Shown: positions 36,105 to 50,233 of the stretch, in pieces
Layout of the letters: each line of letters begins with the position of its first letter
Position numbering within the stretch: the stretch's first letter is position 1
Assembly (NCBI RefSeq): GCF_001194135.2
Contig: NC_068988.1
Span: 18,011,914 to 18,075,913 of the forward strand
Origin: Octopus bimaculoides
Lineage: Eukaryota
Length of the DNA stretch: 64,000 nucleotides
Direction of reading: 5' to 3'
Translations under genes and position numbers: made by a program
The notes under the pieces: generated by a model
What the model was told of the DNA's origin: nothing
Seen by the model: the letters and a program-made list of their open reading frames with translations, nothing else
Database searches by the model: none

Positions 36105-36285
36105 GATGCATATATACGTACATGTACATCTACATGTATATATAGATGCATATCTGGGTACAGGACGTCACAAAAAAACGTGGACAAAATGAAAAACAGA
36201 ACATAAACAGAGCACAGAAAACAAACAGGCCACATAGAGAACGTTTCCTTCATCACCTGCCCGTATTCTAAAACTACGCGTTAGG
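36105..36285. mobile_element. Repeat family B, inverted relative to the 35300-35745 copy
   Basis: TACATCTACATGTATATATAGATGCATATCTGGGTACAGGACGTCACAAAAAAACGTGGACAAAATGAAAAACAGAACATAAACAGAG is the reverse complement of about 35590-35740. Confidence 0.85.
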
Positions 36286-36964
36286 GAAAATCACTTATAA
36301 GATGCGCATTTAGTTTACTGAACCAAACTCAGGGAGAAGTTAATAGGGAAATGAAAAGATACAAGCGTTGAAAGTTACAACCAAAATATAGAAGCAACGA
36401 GAACATGGTAGAAGTTGGTTATGCCTAAAGCTACAAAAGAAAAGAGAAATAAATACGAAGTGGAATAAAACTAGTGAGGCTGAAGAGAAATATATACACA
36501 AAGTGTTATACAGGGGAAAGAAAAAGAACGAAAGTTTACCGAGATATACACAGTGTAATAAGAGACACAAGAGGGGAGAAAAGGAAAGAAAGAAAGAGAG
36601 AGAGAGAGGAGGAGGAAAAGAGAGATACAATGAAGACATATTAGAGAGGAAGTGTGATGCATGCGATATCTAGAAAAACAAGGTGAAACATATATAAAGA
36701 GAGTGAGATTATAGGAGAACCAGTCAATGATATATATGTTTTTAACTTTGTAATTTTTATCCGATAAACATTTTCACAGACTACAATAAGCATTTATTTT
36801 CCTAGAACACTGAAATGATATAAGAAACTACAGAAAATAATCAATTTAGCCACCATTTTGCTTCTTCTCGGTTTCAACACGAGAACTGCAAAAAAGAATG
36901 AACTTATTGAAATCTTGTGTATGCACAGGCATACATGTCCTACGTGTATGTGTATGTACGTACG

Positions 36965-37004
<40 letters not shown>

Positions 37005-37109
37005 TATTTATATATGTATGTATATATGTATGAATATATATATGTATGTATATGTATATATATATGCATATATATGTATATATATATATGCATATATATA
37101 TGTATATAT

Positions 37110-37147
<38 letters not shown>

Positions 37148-37302
37148 ACAATAAATATAAGCGCAAACACACGCATGCATATGAGATAGATAAAAGTATG
37201 TTCAATAGCATACAAGATAAATTCTTCATTTATTGAAATTATCTTCGCTTTCGGAGATGATAATATATGTATGTATATATGCATATGCTCACATATCATT
37301 TG

Positions 37303-37338
<36 letters not shown>

Positions 37339-38006
37339 TTATTTCACCCTGAAGAAGCACGCGTGAGATTTTTTTCGAGTGAAGCCCATTCAAGGTACAT
37401 ACATATGGACGTACGCATAAAGTACATCCGTTTCGCAAACATAAGGACTCAATTTATACGTAGCAAGTATACGTATCATATTTACAGATCGACCCTTGAA
37501 GGAAACTGTGTGGAAGGTATTCGGTGGTGGGAGGACTGCATACGTAATTGTAAGCTCCTGAAATGTCACACAGATTCTGCTGGAGAATTATGCTAAGGAT
37601 ACACTTCTCTATGGAATACCAAACCACTTTGCATACTAAATTAATGATTAAATTCATCAATATATATATTGATGATTTTCTCAAACGAATGATCCATTGA
37701 ACAAGATCGTAAAACGGAAACATGCGGCCATTTGTTACGAACTATTTTATTACATTTTACATATCGATGTTTCAACACTATTCCTTTCTTTGGTAGTGGA
37801 TTGCTAGTGATCGCACACTTTATATAAATTTATATGTGTATGAATGTGTGTTTCTTTATTTAGAAGTGGATGTGTGTAAAATTGTTTATGATGTGGATGT
37901 GTATAAAATTACATATGTAGACATATCTAAACAAACAGGCGAAAAGATATCTATATATACACATGTATTTTTCCTCCCTATCACTTTATCTTGACTCTCA
38001 CCCTTC

Positions 38007-38077
<71 letters not shown>

Positions 38078-38091
38078 GTNNNNNNNNNNTT

Positions 38092-38129
<38 letters not shown>

Positions 38130-38554
38130 GTACAAATACAAACAAACAAGTACGAACATACGCACGCACACAAAAACGCAAATACTACGTCTTTGCACTC
38201 TGATACATATAAAACAAACACAAGTAGAATGAGAAAAAGTTATTCACCATTTTGAGTTTGGGAATGATAATTTAGAAATAAAAAGAGAAATACTTTAAAC
38301 TTATATGCACTCCACCATCTTTTCATTAACAGTATTTTCCTGTAGAGTTCAAAATATCATATTTATGCTTCTCTTTTTTTCCTAAAATTCTATCATTTGT
38401 TTTCACATTCCAACAATAAAATATTGTTGTATTTCCATATCATGATACTTCCAATGCAAATTCTTAGTTTCGTTTTATCTAATTTCTTATTTCATTTTCT
38501 TTTTAATTCATTTAACAATAAATGTTTATCCTTTAAAAAGAAACTGAAGTAAAT

Positions 38555-38606
<52 letters not shown>

Positions 38607-38942
38607 CATTTTGAAAACGAGCTAAATTAATATAACCATATGGAAAAAGAAAATATGGGTTTCAATACTTCCACTATTTTCATCATCAGATGTAACCGCA
38701 GAAGAGTTGAATATGGTGATTAGAGGTTAATGCTGGAGGTTAGCTAACATTATACACAAGCTGCACGAACAAGGGAGTTAATTCAAAATATTTCTAGTTC
38801 TTGCTCATCATTAGTGGAAACATAGTCTTCGCTGTTGCTTGTTGGCACTGTTGTAAATTGATTGAAATATAACAATGTTAAAAATGTAAAGAACATTGGG
38901 TGTTACTAGGAAATAAAATTAAAGTGCACAGGCACACCCTAC

Positions 38943-38988
<46 letters not shown>

Positions 38989-39309
38989 CTTTTCTCCCTC
39001 TCTCTCTTTCTCTCTTACTCACAGACACACCACACAAACATACAAACACACAAGACAAAACAAAAATTAGATTTGAGAAATAATTTAGTGGCTATCGATA
39101 TGAGTATGGAAAACAAAAGGAATACAAGTATATTTAAATACCATACAATATAAATTCTTGCTTTATTATAATTGTCTTCACTTTGAGAGACGTACAAACG
39201 CAAATACAACCGCGGACCTGGTACTTGAGTATGGTATTTTATTTTCGGTGGTTCGAGTCTACTCGGTTGAAAGTGAGTACCAACCAAGTGATGGTACAGT
39301 TCTCTCTCT

Positions 39310-39505
39310 TTCATCTGTCTTTACGTTCTGAGTTCAAATTCCGCCGAGGTCGACTTTGCCTTTCATCCCTCGGGATCGATAAATTAAGTACCAGTTGCGT
39401 TCTGGGATCGATAAATTAAGTACCAGTTGCGTTCTGGGATCGATCTAATCGACTGGCCCCCTCTCCCCAAAATTTCGGGCCTTGTGTCTAGAGTAGAAAA
39501 GGTTT
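39310..39505 (+). mobile_element. SINE family M with an internal 32-bp tandem duplication
   Basis: GTTCTGAGTTCAAATTCCGCCGAGGTCGACTTTGCCTTTCATCC; GGGATCGATAAATTAAGTACCAGTTGCGTTCT occurs twice (39372-39435). Confidence 0.9.
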
Positions 39506-39653
39506 AGTCCTCTCTCTCTCTCCCTTTCTCCTCACACCCCCGTGTGTTTCGTTACGCCAAGGCTGACCGGGCGTGAGGCTTTCTATATTTGCCAGCGATT
39601 ATATAGATACCTAAATCAATTAGTGAATGCAATGTATATGCTACCGGATCATA

Positions 39654-39704
39654 CTCGCTTGCCATTGGTGGCTAACTACAACATAGCCACCAATCGCAAG
39701 CGAG
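39654..39704. other. GC-rich 21-bp stem / 9-nt loop hairpin (pre-miRNA-like candidate)
   Basis: CTCGCTTGCCATTGGTGGCTA-ACTACAACA-TAGCCACCAATCGCAAGCGAG; 20 of 21 pairs, one C.C mismatch. Confidence 0.9.
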
Positions 39705-40869
39705 GAATAAAGCTACAGTACAGTCTAAACAATTCGGAGACTGGTAAGAGTTGCTGAACGGAAATGGATTTAGGGATAAATTAACTGTATAAATAATGAT
39801 AACATGCAAACGCTTGACCCGTGGAAATTCTACAGTTTGAATTAAAAATTAGATTCTCTTAAATTCTTTCTCTTATCTGTTGGAAAATTTCATTTCGTTT
39901 TCTTTCTTTCTTTTTTTTTTTTCTTTTCATTCATATTTCCTCTTCTCCGTCGTCGCTCTCTTAGTTGCTTTAATGATTCCTCTCTCGCTTCTTGTCTTAC
40001 CCGTTCTTTACTCGTGCCGTGTTCTCTCTTTTGTTAATTGAGGTTGTCCATCGCAGTTTCAATTTTATAAAACTAAAGAATATGAAGCTTAATCTTCGCT
40101 GTCAAACGGATGGTAATTACTTGCATGAAAGCACATGCGTGAAATGATTAAGGTGTTCTTCTTTTTAATTAGTTCAATAAGAAAGAAAGAAAAAAAAAAC
40201 GAACGTTTTTCGCCGTTGCCTCGTTACCACTACAAACGTCACTTCCATTAACCCTACTTATACAACCCTAACACTTTAGCAACAGGCTACAACAGATTTT
40301 AGCACATTTAATGTTTGTGCGTGTGTGTGTGAGTATATCAGTTGTTAGCTCGTGTGTCATTAAATGTCTTCATAATGTTCCTTATTCCTCTTCTTTTTGA
40401 CCGTTACCACTTCCATCTACCGAACATTCATCTCCTCCTTTCTCTCTCTACTCATCTTGCATAACACCACTTCTTACAACTGAAATCTTTCATCTGAGCG
40501 TCACGGCCGTTCGTAGGTAGCAACGTATTTAATACTCGAGACAATCACATTCGATAAAACAGAAAACGCAAAGTCGTTTGATTTAATGTCCCATTCAGTC
40601 TCAATTGAAGTATACGTGTGCTCAAAATTACTTGAACACCTTCCGCCGAGTCATAATATTAAAAAATATTTTATAGGACTTAAACTTCATCGGTGAACAT
40701 AATCTTGCTACAGAGAGGAAATATCAGCAAAACTGTTGACTGGTTCCATCTCTTCCTTCCTACTCATAAAGCGTAACATCTTAATCCAGGAAATAGTCCA
40801 TTAAATAATTCAAGTCTTTCTTCAGATTTATTTGTAGCGGATAATTCAGTTTCTAAAGACTAGATCATG

Positions 40870-41440
<571 letters not shown>

Positions 41441-43307
41441 TGGCCAGAGAGATTCTGAGAACGTTCAGAACAAGGGACCAAGAAACTATCCTCGTCTTAT
41501 GAAGGACATTGGTTCTCAGCCGTCTGGACTACTGCTCTCAACTGTGGTCCCCTTACATTGACGGAATAATAGTGGAACCTGAAGCGGTTCAGCGATACTA
41601 CACATGCTATCTTTATATTATATTTTTTTTTTCTGATTCTTAGCTTATAACTAATATAAAGATAGCAGGATTTATCGCTCCAGTATTTCATAAATAAATA
41701 CCCAGGGCAATCTTTATAGAAGCCACTTTATAAGTAAATAATTAGTTACAGGTATGAATATTAAACTAATTCTATGTAATCTTCCCTTACTAATGTTGAA
41801 AATTGGTATATATAAAAGTTTATCTATTCTGGTTATAATATCATTTTTAGTAATCTTAAATTTTATCTTCATACAACATAACAATATTGTTTATATACAA
41901 TCATCCATTGTACCCCATGATAATTTCCTCTGTATTAACATCATAGGTTTTATTAACGTCTTGCCCCTTTAACTGGTAATTAACATCTTGATTTAGGGTC
42001 TTCTCCTACCCAGCCTCCTTTATAGACAATTACTTATACATTTTCTAAAATCGTGACAATATTTATGAACATACCCAACTACAAACTGTCAATTCACTCT
42101 AGCCTTAGATTTGGCAGTTGATTAAAAAAGGTTAATAAATTAAAAGTGAACCACAATTATTTAAAAGCTATGACCGTAACAAATTTCATACACTTCTTAG
42201 AAGTGTAATATATTCTGAGTCACATTAGTAGCAACACGGAGTTTCTCATTCTTCTTGCTTTATTAGAGAATTTGAGTAAAATTATATTAATGTGTCCAAC
42301 TGATTAAAAAAATTCTATTTATTTATGCAGCTAGGGATAGCCCTGCATTTAAACTGATGCAATGATTGCATTGTTCAATTAAATNNNNNNNNNNNNNNNN
42401 NNNNNNNNNNNNNNNNNNNNNNNNNNNNNNNNNNNNNNNNNNNNNNNNNNNNNNNNNNNNNNNNNNNNNNNNNNNNNNNNNNNNATATATATATATACAT
42501 ACACATGTGTATGTGGGGGGGTATATTAAGAATACAGTGTGAATCAGAGGGGTAGGAATGACCTTAAATTACTTCAGACAAGTAAAAAAGGTAAGCTGTG
42601 AGAAAAATAAAAGCAATGTAAAGACAATCCTTGTATGCTTTTGAAATGTTTGTGGGTGACGAGTGTGAAGAAGACTTCTGAATAAATATCACATGGTTCA
42701 TTAGCTGATTCTCAGAGAAGATGTACCTGGTTTTCTGCTCAAATCAATAGCATTGCAAATCATTGAGCACACATGCACACTTATATATGCATATATATAT
42801 AAATTTGTATATAACAAGTATATATTGATGTATATTGATATGAATATAAATATATATGTTCATATATAAACTGGTAGTGTAATATATGGATTCATAGAAA
42901 CATCTGGTTATCACAGAAAGGTCTTCAACTGGACTTGGCTAGCAGACAACATAGTAATCCAATAGAGAGGAGCATATTACAGAACTCCTTGCAGCTGAAA
43001 TTCAGGGAAGCTGATTGATGATATTACTATGAAGCTCTAACGTAAGCATGATATTCTGGTGATCTGATGAACTAGGTTTCTTTATCTTCGCTGATTTGAA
43101 ATATACAGTTGTGTTCTGTAATGAACAGCATGCACATTAGAGCAGATATATCTATCACATTAATTTTATAGTATATATATATTTTTATTTTTATTGTTAT
43201 ATAATATATGTAATTGCAAGATCGAAGGATCTAAATGTAGGAAGTTTGTACGCTTCAAGCAGTCCAACCATGAGCTACACATATGCTCATTTATATCGAT
43301 CCATCCA

Positions 43308-43403
<96 letters not shown>

Positions 43404-43424
43404 CATACACACACACATATTCAT

Positions 43425-43575
43425 CCTCATCATCATGCCCATATTCGATACTGGCATGGTTTTTACATTTTGATAGGATCCAACCAGTTCAAGAAGTGCA
43501 TAGATGTGCATCATGCTCTAATGTCTGCTTTGGCATGATTTCTATAACAGAATGCGCTTCCTAACACCAACATGC
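43425..43575 (-). mobile_element. SINE family R, degenerate
   Basis: Reverse complement of GGTGTTAGGAAGCGCATTC..GAAATCATGCCAAAGCAGAC...(GAT)n. Confidence 0.55.
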
Positions 43576-44054
43576 TGTAAAGTATTACAGCATGTACTTC
43601 CATGCCACTAGCATTAGTGAAGTCACCTTTCAATGTGGAAGAATACAAACCTCAAGACCTCGAGAGTAGAGCTTTACTCTTGGAGATAAAGAGTTAAAGA
43701 ATGAAAGATGATGCCAGAGCAGAACAGGTTCCTTGCTGACAACCTACAACTTTAAAGAGTGGGTGGGAATGAGTGATGGAGCTGGATAAAATCTGATCCC
43801 TATTGCCTCTAGGTATTTGTTTACTGCCTCGGAAAGCAAAAAAATTTCAATAAATCAATAATTTATCATGTAAATTATTTTATATAACTTTGTCATTATC
43901 ATTCGAAGCCATTGGCCAGACTTATTTCTCTAAGAACATTTTTCTTATATATGTAAGTTATACACATACAGATGTATGTACATGCACATATATATGTACG
44001 TGCATACATATGTTTGTACATATGTGCATATATATGTACATATGTATTTACATA

Positions 44055-44287
44055 CCTGGCCGTTGCCAGTACTGCCTGACTGGCCTTCGTTCCGGTGGCA
44101 CATAAAAGCACCCACTACACTCTCGGAGTGGTTGGCGTTAGGAAAGGCATCCAGCTGTAGAAACTCTGCCAAATCAGATTGGAACCTGGTGCAGCCATCT
44201 GGTCTGCCAGTCTTCAGTCAAATCGTCCAACCCATGCTAGCATGGAAAGCGGACGTTAAACGATGATGATGATGATGATGATGATGA
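44055..44287 (+). mobile_element. SINE family R with (GAT)n tail
   Basis: GGTGGCACATAAAAGCACCCACTACACTCTCGGAGTGGTTGGCGTTAGGAAAGGCATCCAGCTGTAGAAAC...CAACCCATGCTAGCATGGAAAGCGGACGTTAAAC(GAT)n. Confidence 0.85.
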
Positions 44288-45748
44288 CATACATACATAT
44301 GTGTACGTACGTATTTACGTACATACATGTGTGTACGTACATACATACAAATGTACATATGTATGCATGTACATATGTACATACATACATATGTATGTAC
44401 ATATGTATGGATGTACATNNNNNNNNNNNNNNNNNNNNNNNNNNNNNNNNNNNNNNNNNNNNNNNNNNNNNNNNNNNNNNNNNNNNNNNNNNNNNNNNNN
44501 NNNNNNNNNNNNNNNNNNNNNNNNNNNNNNNNNNNNNNNNNNNNNNNNNNNNNNNNNNNNNNNNNNNNNNNNNNNNNNNNNNNNNNNNNNNNNNNNNNNN
44601 NNNNNNNNNNNNNNNNNNNNNNNNNNNNNNNNNNNNNNNNNNNNNNNNNNNNNNNNNNNNNNNNNNNNNNNNNNNNNNNNNNNNNNNNNNNNNNNNNNNN
44701 NNNNNNNNNNNNNNNNNNNNNNNNNNNNNNNNNNNNNNNNNNNNNNNNNNNNNNNNNNNNNNNNNNNNNNNNNNNNNNNNNNNNNNNNNNNNNNNNNNNN
44801 NNNNNNNNNNNNNNNNNNNNNNNNNNNNNNNNNNNNNNNNNNNNNNNNNNNNNNNNNNNNNNNNNNNNNNNNNNNNNNNNNNNNNNNNNNNNNNNNNNNN
44901 NNNNNNNNNNNNNNNNNNNNNNNNNNNNNNNNNNNNNNNNNNNNNNNNNNNNNNNNNNNNNNNNNNNNNNNNNNNNNNNNNNNNNNNNNNNNNNNNNNNN
45001 NNNNNNNNNNNNNNNNNNNNNNNNNNNNNNNNNNNNNNNNNNNNNNNNNNNNNNNNNNNNNNNNNNNNNNNNNNNNNNNNNNNNNNNNNNNNNNNNNNNN
45101 NNNNNNNNNNNNNNNNNNNNNNNNNNNNNNNNNNNNNNNNNNNNNNNNNNNNNNNNNNNNNNNNNNNNNNNNNNNNNNNNNNNNNNNNNNNNNNNNNNNN
45201 NNNNNNNNNNNNNNNNNNNNNNNNNNNNNNNNNNNNNNNNNNNNNNNNNNNNNNNNNNNNNNNNNNNNNNNNNNNNNNNNNNNNNNNNNNNNNNNNNNNN
45301 NNNNNNNNNNNNNNNNNNNNNNNNNNNNNNNNNNNNNNNNNNNNNNNNNNNNNATTGTATGTATATATGCATACAATTATAAAGTCATATATACATATAT
45401 ATGCATATATATATATATATATGAGTATATATAAAAATATGCACACACACACACACACCGCACACACACACATATATATATATACATATGTATATATAAC
45501 ATCATCATCATCATTGTCATATTTATACATTGGTTGTATTGAGTTTTATTCAAGGCATATTTTCAGCAGCGAAATGCCTTTCCTGTTGTCAACCTTCAAC
45601 TGTTTCCTGGCAAATAACATTTCCTCTTGTTCAGACAGTTTTATGCAAAATACTGGAAATGAATGACACTGCTTGTATAGCAATAATAAAACTACCATGT
45701 GACATCAAGACAAGGTGACACAAACAGAAACACACACACAGAGACAGA

Positions 45749-45785
<37 letters not shown>

Positions 45786-46087
45786 ACACACACACAGACA
45801 CACACACACACAGACACACACATTTATTCATATATATATAGATATATATACACACACACATATATATATATATAGATATACAAAAATGTGCATATTTAGA
45901 TACATTTATATATACATAAATATATGTACGTACCTACATACATATATGTATATATATATATGTCTATGATGTATATTTGTTATATATATATATATGATTG
46001 ATATGAAATCATATCCACATCATCTTGTATTTGCATGCCTGCATGTATGCTTGTACAAAGTTTACACACATATTTATATGCATATAT

Positions 46088-46150
<63 letters not shown>

Positions 46151-47689
46151 NNNNNNNNNNATACTTATATATACATACATATATACTTATATACACATAC
46201 ATATATATATATATATACTTATATATACATACTTATATATACATATGTATATACTTATATACACATATATACTTATATATATACATACATATATATAAAT
46301 ACATATATATACTTATATATGCATACACATATATATATAGATATATATATACTTACACACATATGTTTACACACATAAATATATTGAAGGTATCTTTAGT
46401 AAATAAAATGTTTTTATGAATTAGTGTGAAATATCTCCTGATTGATAATCAATATATCAATAACTTTTCCCTTCTATGAAAACCAAAAGATATTTAGTTG
46501 TTGCTAATCTCTGTTTCTCCTTCTTTTTATTTATTTATTTATTTATTTATTTATTTTTTTGTCATGTATTTTCATTCATCTCCATTCTAAATTCTTCAGT
46601 TTTAAATGATGTATAATGGGTCATGGAACCTTGTTATCAACGACATTGAATACTAAGTACAGAAGAACCAATGGTAGTGCATCTGTGCTTAGGAAAATAA
46701 TTTATCTCTAATTTTAGGTACCTGTATTCATGCAATTTATGGTAACCAACTGTATTGGTTAAAATGCTTAATTATTTTTTTAACCTCTATTGAACAGAAG
46801 GAAGTCTGTGACGTGTGATAATATATTTCAATTGTAGTTGAAAATATCCTCATTCCTGGCTTCAGTAAAGAAGAACCATCAATGTTCATGTCCCTTTCTC
46901 TGACCTCCATGGGTTTTGGTAGGAATGATAGGAATGGACAAAGATATCTTCAGCTCGAAGATTTGGTCTGTATTCTTGTTAGAGACTAAACCCTGCTAAA
47001 ACACTTATCCAAGAACCAGGTGTTGTAGTCATATTCCAATCAGATTGAATTATGATTTAAAATTCATTCATATCTTGTTTATATGACCTTTAATTTTAGT
47101 TCATATTTGCTTTACAACACCTGTTTGTTTGCTTTGCTTGGATATTTATTTGGATATTTTTTGCTGATTTTCAATAAAATTTTTTTTTCAAAAAATGGTG
47201 ATACTACAAGTACTCAATGTCAGCATCATAGTCATCGTTTTTATGTCCTTTGTTTCCATCGTTTTTATATTCTCTTCTTCCATGCTGACATGGCTACAAG
47301 AGATTTGCTGAGGCTATAATCAACAGCTGGATGCCCTTCTAGAAGCCAAAAAAACTTATTAAATTAAATATTTAGCTTCCGTCTTCTTTAAATTGGTAAG
47401 CTATCAGAAGTAGCAGAGAATTTCTTTTCTGTTAGGTTACTTATTGCTTCAAAGATTTTTGCTCTCTCTCTCACTTTCATTCTCTCTCTTTCCCCACCCC
47501 TCTCTCTCTCTCTCATGCACATTCGTGCATATACACAATTGTCTCTTGCATGCAAATATGATCTTGGTAGCTTGTATAATGCTTTTGCTAATTGTTTCAG
47601 GTGCTTATAGAATTGTAAGCAGGTGTAAATATGCCGTCAGCCTTTCCATTCTTGATCTAGCAAAACATTGAGGAGATGAAAGCTGTAGG

Positions 47690-47860
47690 TAGAGAAGACT
47701 GCTGCAGCAGTCAGTTGGTACTCATTTTCAGCTGAGTAGACAGAAGCAATGTGAAATGATGAGTCTTGCTCAAAGACATAACGTACCCCCTTGTCAAGTC
47801 TAGGATTCGAACTCACAACATTATGATTATGAGACCAACACTTCAACCACTAAGCCACAC
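47690..47860 (-). mobile_element. CORE-like SINE
   Basis: Minus strand GTGGCTTAGTGGTTGAAGTGTT..GTGAGTTCGAATCC..TTGAGCAAGAC..TTCACATTGCTTCTGTCTACTCAGCTGAAAATGAGTACC. Confidence 0.75.
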
Positions 47861-50199
47861 ATTAATACATACAATAAAACACACACACATAGAATGAAAC
47901 AGGCACACACATATACACACACACATAGAATGAAGTAGGCATACATACGTACACACACACACACACACAGATGTACACATAGAAAGTAAATCTTGCAACA
48001 ATATAAAAGAAGTTACTACTTTCACAATCAATAGACCACAATCACTCATACAAATATATGATTCTACATACATACTTATTATATACTGAATCACCTAATA
48101 AACTGGAATAATCACAGAATGCACACTTCTCTCAAAGGATGAGAGAAAGACATGATGTAGGAAATGAAGACCATTCAGCTTTTGTTTCTGATATAAAGGA
48201 ACAGTTCTGCATGCATACAATATGGTATTCATAACAGTAACGATATAAGAAAAAAAAAAAACCCACACATGAAATATTGGTTTACTAGTAAATTAACTAA
48301 ACTGAGATATGTAAGTGTATAAACAAAATGTATTAATTATATAAATTCGTTTTTTCTGGATGAGCAAATATGTGTCCGTTTAACGAAATCTTGTATGCTA
48401 AGCAATAAGCATGAATTTGAAGTACACAGTATCAAGAATAAGGAGAAATGGCTTTTGGGGAGGAATATTCTTAACGGTGACATGCAAAAGGCTTCAAGGA
48501 TAGGGAATTCTATTCTACTGTTGCTTAATGACAACTGTAGCATTGAAGCCATTTATATATGTGCGTGTGTGTGCATTTGTGTAAATGTATTAGGATCTTT
48601 CTATTATACTTTTTGGAGAAGCTGCATAACACCTTCGCCAGTGCAGCTTGGACATTGTAAACACAGTGATGATGATGACGATGATGACAATGTCAATGAT
48701 GATGATGGTAATGTGATGCTAGGGATAATTATGATTAGTTTGCATATAGATATATTAGTATTGATAATAATAATAATGACGATATCAATGATGATGATGA
48801 TGATGATGAGGGTGGTGGTAATGATTTATTTTTTCCATAACTATGAAGCTGTTCAAGAGAGAGAGAAGAAAGGGGGAAGATTTGATACTCATGCCTTTAT
48901 TAAGAATATTAGATTATCAAAGTAGTTGTGGTAGTAGTTGTGGTAGTAGTAATAGTAGTAGTAGTAGTAGTAGTAGTTATATTATCAAAAAAAAAAATGG
49001 TTTTTGTTTTAAATGCACTGACAGGAAGCATGAAATTTGTGTTATACTTCAGGTGAAACTGCCAAGCATTCTTTGTAATTGCTTTCTCTCTCTCTTGCAG
49101 AATGCAGTGTTTTGGAATAAAATGAAAGTACAGTGGTAGGAATGAAAATAAAGGTACTTGGTAAAAATAAGATATCGCAAGAGATTGCATATGACACTGA
49201 TGACAGAGAGAGAGAGAAAGAGAGAAATCTGGATGTTGATGTTGACGATAACGATGCTGATACGAAAGATAATTGTGATATATTGGATTTGGTGGTGATA
49301 ATGTCGAAGCAGACAGCAATGACGATGATGATGATGATGATAATAATAATGGTATTAATGATAGTAATAATGATGGAGAGGAGGTTTGAAAAATGTTGCT
49401 CTTGTGGTGGGTAGCAGATGACAGTAATAATATAGACTTGCTTAACATTGTTGGCGATGATAATGATTACTAAAGGAGCTCAGATTCTAATAATGACAAT
49501 GGTGGCGACGTGGTGATGGTGGTGGTGGTGGTGGTGGTGATGGTGGTGATGTGGGTTGGCGACGATAGGGATTGAAGAACTGGTTAGAGAAGTGATGGTG
49601 GTGATGGTGATGGTGATACTGTGTTGGTTGTGACAGATAGACTTGATAGTGATATGGGCAAAGAGAAAGTAAATATGGTTCTGTGTGAAAATTGAATAAT
49701 CATGAAGGATGATGAAGATGTGGATGACAACGATGATAGGATGTGGGTAGCAGTAATGAATTAGAAGAAAAAATAAAATAAAAAAGAAAATTAAAGTTGT
49801 GCTTTCTTTTAGAGAAAAACATAAAAGTGTGAGGAACAAAATTCAACAGAAACAACATGAATCACAAGAAAAAAAAAATTTATAAAACATACAAAAAAAA
49901 AGGGAAAAAGATGGTGAAACAAGACAGTTAAAGAATACGTTACAGTGTGAAATGAATGAGGTTTGGGTAAAATAATGCATAGAAAATAATCTAATAATAA
50001 TATATACACACATGCATATATATGCATGAGTGTATGTGTGTGGATATTTATATAGATAAGAACGACATAAAATATTTTTACTTACTCGTTTGCTAGAATA
50101 GCAAGTGTTGCTATTAGAAACATCGGGGATGTCAGCAGAAGCAAGACCCACCCTGGATCTTATGATCCATAATGCCACATTATATATATATATATATAA

Positions 50200-50233
<34 letters not shown>

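Noticed and set aside
38000-38135. (CT)n(CA)n block duplicated on both sides of a 10-N gap
   Set aside because: Most likely overlapping contig ends, an assembly artefact.
43010-43070. C/D-box snoRNA-like TGATGA...CTGA
   Set aside because: Too short, no terminal stem, no recognisable rRNA guide; these words are common in AT-rich DNA.
49081-49140. Strong-looking acceptor CTCTCTCTTGCAG with a 35-nt exon (NAVFWNKMKVQW)
   Set aside because: The pyrimidine tract is a (CT)n microsatellite and no homology supports it.
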